From NCBI GenBank assembly GCA_040285855.1, contig JAUFOQ010000002.1:2728001-2792000 (forward strand): a stretch of DNA of 64,000 bases, given 5' to 3'. This DNA is from Eukaryota sp. GEM-RC1 (taxonomy: Eukaryota). Each line of letters opens with the position of its first letter. Position 1 is the first letter of the stretch. Below, one piece after another: positions 13,701 to 22,784 of the stretch. The notes beneath the pieces are model-generated. The model saw nothing but the letters and a program-made list of their open reading frames with translations, was not told the origin of the DNA and made no database searches. A program made the translations under genes and the position numbers.

Positions 13701-14127
13701 CTGTATCTGGATCATTGGCTGGATGGAACAAGCTGATGTTGATTATTCCGATCATGAAAAAGTCATTGATTTCTTGAAGCATGGATGCGCCCTGGTTCCT
13801 TCCAATTTAAGAAAGAAGTGTTTGGACATTGTTTCTAACATTGAAACTGTTGCTGAATTGTTGGAACAAAAACTCGCTCCTTATGAAATCTGTCAACGTA
13901 TTGGAAAGTGTGTTCGTAACAGCGACCATTGTGCCACTTGTAAATCAGCTGTCCACAGCATCAAGGAAAGAATCGAAGATATTGATCCCGCTGTTGTTAA
14001 AGGTCTCTGTGAAAGATTCGTACCTAAGTATGCTGAAGCATGTTCTACTTTAGGACCCAAAATTGTTCATGAGTTCCTAGATCGTGTTGATGAAGAGTCA
14101 GTCTGTAGAATGATTCATGCTTGTTAG
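10733..14127 (+). CDS. Prosaposin-like precursor with ~13 saposin-B domains; 28-nt intron 10798-10825; two apparent 1-nt deletions
   Basis: Signal peptide MSRLLVLFTLLALALACG joins PEQLND after the gtatgt...tgtag intron; repeated CxxC..C..C..C..C saposin pattern; frameshifts at A5 runs (~11851, ~12618) where the third copy has A6 (13385). Confidence 0.88.
11385..13413 (+). repeat. 767-bp near-identical tandem repeat, ~2.6 copies (three saposin domains per unit)
   Basis: Unit starts actggatgcagc at 11385, 12152 and 12919. Confidence 0.93.
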
Positions 14128-14718
14128 GTTGTTACACCTTTTAGTTGTACATTCATATAATAAACTTATTGTCCTTTGGAGTTTATGAATAATCAGTCAC
14201 CATTCAAATTTGGTGCAATCTGATTTTGAGATTTTTTCAAATATCTTTGATAGACACCACCTTTAGGGACATGTATAGTACTTATTCCAAACGTTGTAAG
14301 GTTTGGAGAAGTCACAGGAAAGAAAAAAAGACTTTGAGACTTATACTGTATATCAGAGATCAACTACACTAAATAACATGGGGTGTGAAAAGCAATATTA
14401 TTTTCCCAACATGCTAAATAACACTGTATACAGTGTATACAGTGTTATTTATACTATACACTCATATATTAAATCAATTGTTGATAAACTAATCAAAATA
14501 GTTCAACAAATCAATTGAAGAAAGAAAAGCAGTTTATCGATGAAGAGCACAAAAATAGACACAAAAAATTCCTGGTCAACAGTACCAAAATTGAAGAAAG
14601 ATGGCCAATCTATTTTTTACCATTTTGCGGTGTTTACAAAAAACGTTTGAAATTCAAATGGATAATTTGGTGTAGACTTAGGTAAAAGTGTTTTGAAAAT
14701 TTGGATTTATGTAAGCTG

Positions 14719-15611
14719 ATGAATGGCTTGTCTCTCTTTCCTACACCTGTTCAACGCTGCTTAAGTGGTACTACTCGTCAGTTCCTTGCTGCAATCAATT
14801 CTAAGTCTGTTCCCTTTCTTCTTCGTATCAACTTCCAACTGGCTTCAATGTTATCCCCCAACAATCCTCCACAATCTGATTTTGACCATCTTTGTTCTAC
14901 TCTCGCATGTTCTAACTATCCTCGACTCATTGCCTTTCTGCAGAATCCTCCACCTTTTGAAGAGTTGCTGCTATCTTATGGTTGGTTAGTTCATGGATTA
15001 GATCTTCTTCTTTCCAATCCCTCCAAACGAAAACAAGATGTATTACCGATTCCAGTTGATCTTGTTCAACCGTCAGCTATTGCGTCGTCTGATAATGTAA
15101 TGTTTATATGGTCAAACTTCCGAAAAGTTGGAAAAACTCTCAAAAATCTGGTTTCGTCAACAAATATTCCAAAAAGACTGCACTTCTATCACGAGAATTA
15201 CAAATACCTCAGAGTTATTTATTTGATTTAGAAAATGATAAACTACAACCCCCAACCGATTATATTGAAAATATTCAATTTTGGGACAACTTGAATAATG
15301 TTTTGACCGATGCAAAACCTTTGAAATTTTCCGCAGAGGGTGTGGGATCTCAAATTGATCTTGATTTTTCAATTATTGATGAAATTGAAGAAACCTTGTC
15401 TAATTTTGATGATTTATCTGATTTTGAACAGAATATCAGTGACAATGGACGTGAAATTTCTGAAAATCTACCACATATTCACGATGATTTCAAATCGGAA
15501 GATTTAGAACTGTTTCAATCATTATCAAAAGATCAAGATTTGACAGAATTCGTCACGGTAATGAACAATTTGTATGATTTAATAGAGGAATCAGATATAT
15601 CAATTATTTGA
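14719..15611 (+). CDS. Hypothetical protein, weak TEDC1-like N-terminus; frame change near 15150-15230
   Basis: Two overlapping ORFs; LACSNYPRL...ELLLSYGWLV resembles the TEDC1 motif as recalled from memory. Confidence 0.4.
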
Positions 15612-17073
15612 ATAACATGGTCTCCTTGTCCAATAATTCAGTTTCATATTCATCTATAATTTCACTTGAATTTCTAATAATTTCTACAATTTTGGCATGA
15701 AATTCTTTCGGAATTAATGATGAAATATTTGAAGAATTTAAAGTCGTTGATTTAATCAACCTTGTAACTGAATCGATCGTTGTCCAAATTATTAAATTGT
15801 TATTATTTTGAGACAATAATTTGGTGTAAATTCGTTGCAAATGTTCTAGATATTGATCGACAGAAGTTGATAAATTGAGAGTTAATCCAGTTATTCGAAT
15901 AGCTTCGCTCAATTCCAAATTTGAGACATTTTCTAAATATTCCTCAGGTGAATTATGTAAGTGAATGCTGCATGCTTTCAAAAGATTTTGATTTTTCAGA
16001 CTTTCAGCTATTTTTGACACTTTTAATAAAGCTTGATTATTGCTTGTTAATGGTGAATTAATTAAATATAATGAATTTGCCAACACTTCACAAAATTGCC
16101 GTGAAAACCAGTTGATTTCACGAGGTATATCAGCAATAGATTCCAAAATAAAAGAAATCATGACGCTCTGACAGATTTTAATTTGCACCGACCAACTTCG
16201 TTGATTTTGAACAAGATATTTAAAAACCAATAAAGCTAAATCACTAGATCTGCGACAAACTTGGCCAATGATGTAGCTACTGGTTAAGGAAATTTTAAAA
16301 TCTTGGTGAAAAGTGTTTGCAAGTACTCGTTTAAATATTGTCAGATTTTTTGAGGCGAGCTGAATTCCCTTTGTATAAACTAATTCAAATGAACTTTTCC
16401 CAAAGTCTGAGCTCAATATGGAAAACAGGGGGTCAACAATGCTATCTGATTGATTGAATTCAATCAAGAGCTCTATCAGAAGTCGTGATCCAGGAATTGA
16501 TGACGTGCCTGGGCCCTTGTTTCCATTTACAATTACTTTAACAAAAGACGAATAACTAGCTAATTGACAGACTATTTTGGATAAAGTTTGGGAGATTTGG
16601 TGATTGTTAATCTCAGAGTTTAATTGCAAAACAGTACAGAGAGTGTTTCTAAACGACAATACAGTCTCGGGATGATAGTTGGGATGCGTAAGTAGTATCT
16701 GGGTTAGATCAAAAGAGCGGCAAAGGTAAAAGCGAAGAAGTTTAGCCAGATTGTCTATACACTGTCCGTTTTGATGAGAAGTAGTGATATCAAGGATCAG
16801 GTCATCAAGAAGCGTGCCGAGAGAACTGAGAGCATGAGCTAAGAAGGAGTGTGGGTAGGTATTGGTTTTGGCTAGATGACAGATCTTATGAAACAGTGCA
16901 TTGGTTGCCAGAGGATGACAGAGAGGACGCTGAACCAGATAGAGCAAAAGTCTAAAAACGTCATTGCAACTAAAACTCGCAAGAGAATCCAGAAATAGAG
17001 TGATGGATTCACTGCTAGGAGATACTGAAGAAACGAGCGCCTCTCCCTGTTTAAGAACTTCAGAAAGGGTCAT
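15604..17073 (-). CDS. Hypothetical alpha-helical protein, 489 aa
   Basis: Long uninterrupted ATG-initiated ORF; no recognised motif. Confidence 0.7.
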   Translation of the reverse strand: MTLSEVLKQGEALVSSVSPSSESITLFLDSLASFSCNDVFRLLLYLVQRPLCHPLATNALFHKICHLAKTNTYPHSFLAHALSSLGTLLDDLILDITTSHQNGQCIDNLAKLLRFYLCRSFDLTQILLTHPNYHPETVLSFRNTLCTVLQLNSEINNHQISQTLSKIVCQLASYSSFVKVIVNGNKGPGTSSIPGSRLLIELLIEFNQSDSIVDPLFSILSSDFGKSSFELVYTKGIQLASKNLTIFKRVLANTFHQDFKISLTSSYIIGQVCRRSSDLALLVFKYLVQNQRSWSVQIKICQSVMISFILESIADIPREINWFSRQFCEVLANSLYLINSPLTSNNQALLKVSKIAESLKNQNLLKACSIHLHNSPEEYLENVSNLELSEAIRITGLTLNLSTSVDQYLEHLQRIYTKLLSQNNNNLIIWTTIDSVTRLIKSTTLNSSNISSLIPKEFHAKIVEIIRNSSEIIDEYETELLDKETMLFK

Positions 17074-17092
17074 TGGTCATGAGGGTGCCGGC

Positions 17093-17235
17093 AGGGAAAA
17101 GTTGTGACAAACTTTCTTCCCTTACCCATCTGTGAATTTCTCCTAAGATGAATTCCCCATAACGAATTATGGACATTCATCTACACTCACAGTGCACATG
17201 GGCTGTGGCGGTTCTATCCCTTGCGGGTCCGCCAC
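17093..17235 (-). ncRNA. Candidate omegaRNA scaffold of Fanzor A, overlapping the ORF end
   Basis: Three consecutive hairpins: 17205-17235 (gtggcgg/ccgccac, GCAA tetraloop), 17124-17203 (long stem, ccataa-TTCG-ttatgg apex over the stop codon), 17093-17122. Confidence 0.65.
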
Positions 17236-20200
17236 TGTTTCTGTTATTGAATCTTCATTGTTGTTTGTAGTCTTTACTGATCTCTTCCGTCTTTCTTCAG
17301 CTAACTTGTCGGAGAAACACATTGGTCGATCCTCACCAGCGAGAGTACACTCAACAATCTTCAGAATATTCAAACAGCTATTGAAGTCTCGATTCCAGAG
17401 TTTATGACATTTTTTACAACGCACTAAACCCCAACACTTGACTTCATCGGGCTCTTCCTGCCACAACAGCTTGTCATCTTCGTCCGTCCAACTAGACCAA
17501 TTCATCAGCGCTGATAGGCGATTTGCCTTCTTTTCAACTCTTCGCTTCTTCTTCCTGAAGTTTGGATCCTTGACTTTAAGGAAGGTTTCCGTTTCCCCTT
17601 CGTCATCGTTGTTCTCAGAACATCCGTGGCACTGAAGAGATGTCCTGAATTCGTTAACCAGAAGAACCTGATAGCCAGCTTTTTTGAACAACTTTCTCGA
17701 TCCTTTCCCCATGGATGGAGGCTTGTATTTCCTATGCCTTGACTGACTCCAATCACCTATGGCCAACCACGTGTTGGTTGGATCTCCGTAAACTTGACGG
17801 AATCGATGGAGTATTTTACGTTCACTTTTTTCCTTGTATACTGATTTCCAATAGCTCCATTTGCGCCATTGAGATTGATGGTACAGAGACTCCATTCTAT
17901 TTGCATACTTGTAGAATTGTTGGACGTACGCTTTGAATTTTGAAAAATTTGTTGTTTTGGAAGTAAATTCTGAAAATTCTGTCTGAATCTGTTCAGCTGT
18001 CAGTTGTCTTCCTGAAATTTCGTTAAAAGAATAGTTTTTGAAGGCTTGGTTCTGAAATACATTGTATTTTTTTTGTTTTCCTTCGTGCCTTCGAGTTCCT
18101 TGAGTATATCTCATTTTTTTGAATTGATTTTTCTTTTGAAATGGTCTCTTTTTACTTGATTTTTTGACCTCATCATTCTCTTTTTGGAACTGGGCTTTAT
18201 GCCTTTTAATTTCTTTCAATCTCTTCTTTTTCGTATGTTTTTGAGATTTTTGGGTCAAGTGGGGAGCACAATGCACAGGATTATTAATTTCTTCCTGGGT
18301 TTTTCTTCCAACCAAGTACAGAATATCCCATTGGTTAGGATCCCCTACCACGACATTTTTTCTTTTTTAAATACTCTAATTTTTCAGGATGTAAATCTTC
18401 CACATACTCCTCTTTTTCCTCTGGAGACTTGGCAGAGTATGGTTTTAACAGAAGATCATTTCTGGTCATCATGAGACTGATGGATTCACCATTGGTAGTT
18501 ATCTGGTGACCAAATGAATACATCTTTTGAAAGTGTTCAAGTACTTGTGATCAAGATTCAAATAGTGACTCCAAATTTGATTTTTAAATAAATTAATGTT
18601 TTCGCTCAGATGTGTTAGATTATAACCTTGAACTTGAGGTTTAAATATATTAATCATAGCCATCGTATCCAATCGAAGGTGATCAGGAATTAAGCTGGTG
18701 GATTGTGGAAACATGCGGTACATCTTTGGTGGAATCTCATTACAGGAAGGGTTATTCTCAATCAATTTGTTGAGAACGAAGGCCTCTGGTAAGAGCTCCA
18801 AAGGCTTTACCTTTAATTGGTATTTGAGTCCTTTAGAGTCTGGCTTAAAGTTTTTGACAAATGTAATGAAATTTTGATGTTCATCTGATGGATTTTGCCA
18901 GATCTCGGTAAAATCAATATCGGATCCTCTGCCTTCTAAAATTTCTTTAAGGATATTATTGGACAACTTTTGCAACTGGTCTTTTTCGACTTTTTTCACT
19001 GCATTGTTTTTAATAATTTTTAGTTGTCCATTTAAATTAAAGAAGAGTTCCCATGTTTTTTCCAAATATTCAATAAAATGGGATGAAATATTATTTTGAT
19101 ACATTGTAACAATCTCAGTAGCTGTATAACTTAATGTACGATACATATCAGAGTACTTGACATTGGGAATTTCCATATCCACAGGGAGAAGATGTTGGAT
19201 ATAGAAGCATCCCAGTTGAATTTTCAAATCATTGTGCTTTTTGCCTGGAGTACTTTGAACAATCTCAGTTACCCATTTGAGAATTTCACTTCCCTCAATA
19301 TTTTCCTCATTTTTAAATCTTTGATGAGCTAATGGAGACAAGTATCCAATAGTCCAGAGCAATTGTTGGACACTTTCTTTATTCCATTCTACTGGGTTCA
19401 ATTCCTGATGATCAAAAGAATTCATGCAAAAGCCTTGAAGTAGCAGCAATGCACGTTGTTTAATTCGGTGATGATTTATAGAAATTTCATTTACCAATAT
19501 GTTGTTATCAGTCCAAACAGATTTAAGGGTTACTTTAACCGTTTTTTCACCCGGACATTTTAGCAATTCTTGTGTTTCGACTTGAAGGAAATACACAAAA
19601 AGGCTTTGTAATTCAACAATATCGTTAAAATGTTCACGTAAACATTTCAAGTTTTGTTCAGATGTGAAATCTGTAGAAACTGGTGTGGGAACTGAATAAC
19701 TTTCATTTTTTAAAATGTTCTTTACAACAGTAACCCAATTCAAAGATTTTCCAGTTCTAGGTCTGTAATAATTTCTAATAACACGGCCCAAATCTATTAG
19801 CTGAATTTTCGAATTTTTGAATTGTTTTAAAAAATATTTGTAAAAGAGAGGACACTGAATATTTGAACAATTCTCTGATTTTAAATTAAATTCATCCAAC
19901 GTAGAACTTTCATCATAACCAATTATCAGACCACAGTCAGTTAAAACTAAATAATCATTAAACGCACTTATCATAGATTCCTCTTGATTAAACGCTTGAA
20001 CATTCACTCTAGCATGCTCAGAATTAGGTGACAGAACTGAATCGCAACTTTGTTGTGTAGTGAATATAATTGATTCTACAATTGAAATTACTTGGTCCTG
20101 GACCTGAACTGTTTGAGTGATAATTGACGTGATTATTATTTTGTCTTTTTTCTTTTTTAGTTTCTTTAGTAGCTGCTGAAGCTTCAATCATTTTTACAAA

Positions 20201-20450
20201 AATGCACTTAATCGAGTGTTTGTGATCTAACATTAAGGTTACGTTTTCGAAAGGATCTTTTTCTTTTTTTAGACTTAACTGGTGATTCTTTTTCGTTTGT
20301 TTTTTCATTTGTTTTTACTGCCAATGGGCATTTTCTTATATCATGACCAGTGTTTCTACACTTTGAACATTTACGCCCTATTGGTTTTTTCACCAGTTGG
20401 GGTTCGTTTTCATTATTATTGTTTGATCGTTTTTGTTTTCTTGGAGGCAT
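17167..20450 (-). CDS. Fanzor (TnpB-like RNA-guided nuclease) with N-terminal CCHC knuckle and exonuclease-like domain; frameshifted
   Basis: RuvC-I VVGDPNQWDIL, AIGDWS, RuvC-II LLVNEFRTSLQCHGC, Zn ribbon RCKKC, RuvC-III WNRDFNSCLNI; frameshifts at A-runs near 20265, 20150, 18527, 18360. Confidence 0.88.
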
Positions 20451-21091
20451 ATTGCTGACAGTGGCAAGCCTTTTCCTGGATTAACGTGGCTGTCCAGTTT
20501 CAAGTTCAATCTGATACGAAATTGAGAGGGATCAAATTGATGATGCATAATTTCATTTTGAAAATCTGTCATCATTATACAGTGATCAATGTGACCAATT
20601 GTTTCAACATTAAATGTCTTAAATAATACTTCAATAAAAAACAGAACAAATATGCCACAATCATAACCATTGTCCTGTTTCACAGTATTAATGTGACAAT
20701 GGTAAAAGTGGTTTGGGCAAAACGATTGTATAAAATCAATTTTTGAGGACAACAAATTACTATTAGAGATAGAATCCATGAAGTATAACGTTTCAGTAAT
20801 GAAATCTATAACACATAGTCCCCAGTGAGTTCCCGCAAATCCGTCAATAATACCATTGTTCATGAGAATAAGAACAAGCCGACAATCTGCATTTTTTTCT
20901 CTTATATCATGATAAATAACATCTTTCTCTAACGTTAGAAAGTTATATACATGATAAAAATCCAATAGTTTGATTGGCGAGTGGGTAATCCAAACTGATA
21001 TTATTTATGGAAAAAGAAGATGGAATAGCTCTAACCATTCACATTCAAGCAACAATGTTATGTCTTCAAATTCATGTGAGTTAAATGATAC
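20390..21091 (-). CDS. Ulp1/SENP8 (peptidase C48)-like cysteine protease domain, following the 2A site
   Basis: GTHWGLCVIDF..YFMDS...KQDNGYDCGIFVL gives H, D, Q and C; one in-frame TAA at 21005-21007. Confidence 0.85.
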
Positions 21092-21136
21092 CGGTCCGGG
21101 ATTCGACTCGATATCACCATCGTTGGTTAAATCTTT
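21092..21136 (-). other. 2A/StopGo ribosome-skipping peptide KDLTNDGDIESNPGP
   Basis: Exact D(V/I)ExNPGP consensus in ORF 21005-21685. Confidence 0.88.
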
Positions 21137-21340
21137 CACAAACAAATGAATCAAACAAAATTTGAAATTGTGTTTATTCTCCAAATCAAAAGTGAATTGC
21201 TTTTGTCGAGTGTTACCACAAGACACGGACCACTGCGGTATTAACTCATCAGGAGTTGCAGATATCAAGCTGTTAGCCTCTTCTCTGCAACTGCCCTGAG
21301 TCGTTAATCCTGGGTTAGGGCCGTAGTCCCCACCCAAATT

Positions 21341-21624
21341 CATAACTGAAAGGACGGAACTTTCAGTCTCAACTGGATATGAAACATCCAGCCGAGGAGG
21401 ATTGGAACCTCTTATAGTGTTAGGAGGGTCGGAACCTCCTGAACACATAACTGAAAGGACGGAACTTTCAGTCTCAACTGGATATGAAACATCCAGCCGA
21501 GGAGGATTGGAACCTCTTATAGTGTTAGGAGGGTCGGAACCTCCTGAACACATAACTGAAAGGACGGAACTTTCAGTCTCAACTGGATATGAAACATCCA
21601 GCCGAGGAGGATTGGAACCTCTTA
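21341..21624 (-). repeat. 105-bp tandem repeat, ~2.7 identical copies, in frame (35 aa) and built from four hairpins
   Basis: Units start at 21341, 21446 and 21551. Confidence 0.95.
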
Positions 21625-22784
21625 CTGTGTGAGACATCAACAAACCTGATGGAGTCATGAGACGGAAATAAGTCACTGTCGACATTGTTATTGATTGTTC
21701 ATCACTTTCCTCTCAGCAGGATTCCGTTTCATAAGGGATTTTGATTTTGCCAACAGTTTTCTTTTCACTTTTTACTGCTACTGATGCAGCTTTCTCAGGT
21801 ATCAGCGTCTTGCTAGTCCTAACACGCTTTGATTGACTTACTTTCTTTCTTGAAGGTGTTCGCTATATCTGCACTGACTGGTGCTACAGGTCTTATTGCT
21901 GTCTTCTATCCTGCTGTTAGATTTAAGGAATACGAGCTTCTTCTCATTCTGGCTTTTGGAATTCTTTCACCATTTGCTGAACTTGTCTGCAAGGACGACA
22001 ATAGCTTCGACTCTTCTTCAGGTCTAGAAATCATGGGTAAGTTGCTGCGTTGTGTACAAGTGGTTTATGTCTTCCTATAATGCTATTCCACATTGACAAT
22101 ATAGCCGCCATCCCTCTAACTATTGATTTAAGCGGGCTATGCTTTTCTACTCCTCGGTATTCATTTTTGTTGAGAAAGTTGCTCCTGACAACGACTCCTT
22201 TTAGTTCCTGTTTTGTTCATTGTAGATAAACTCAATCAAACAGTATCCATTTTATCTTCGTATCCGTCTCTTCCTTATAGTGTCTCTGTAATAGTGTGAT
22301 TCCTTTGAGTGTGGGTATACACTTTTGACATGATCAATGCTAAATATCACATGTCAGTCTTGTTACTTGTTCTCTTCTTAAATCAAGACGCTCTTTCATA
22401 CCCTAGATAAACAAAATGATAGCTATGGATTGTACAGAGTTTATTGATTCTATACATCTAGATAATGCACACAAAACTTAAACGTTGCAAAACGGAGGTG
22501 TTAGTGGTAACCTATGTCTGTATAAAACACATCACATTTTAACAATGTCTACAAGGAGACATTGGCATTTGGCATTTGTATTGGCTATACGTCATCAGCA
22601 AATGTCACTAGCATTCGGTTTGGGGAGTCACAGAGCTCTAAAAGAACGAGAAGTACCAGAGTGTGGCTTCGTTGTGGATATGAGTTTGGATGATGAAAAT
22701 GTGGATGTGGAATTTATTCACACTGAAAGCAAAACACAGAACTAGAAATGCGGATTTTATTCACACTAAAACCGCAATTCACCC

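Larger units (their letters stand above)
17093..21685 (-). mobile_element. Element A: repeat-2A-SENP protease-CCHC-exonuclease-like-Fanzor element
   Basis: Co-oriented ORF fragments 21005-21685, 20390-20965, 20208-20450, 20024-20308, 18499-20187, 18335-18523 and 17167-18351 join by one in-frame stop and several frame changes; architecture shared with element B; ends approximate. Confidence 0.85.

Noticed and set aside
21200..21252. Hammerhead ribozyme (CTGATGAG on the minus strand followed by a stem)
   Set aside because: The required GAAA after stem II reads GACA, and CTGA pairs better in the upstream hairpin
21341..21624. CRISPR-like array next to an RNA-guided nuclease (also 49582-49878)
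   Set aside because: Units are identical end to end with no unique spacers
21829..22080. Hydrophobic ORF upstream of element A as element cargo
   Set aside because: Opposite strand, no ATG start, no counterpart in B; probably a host exon or relic that I cannot resolve
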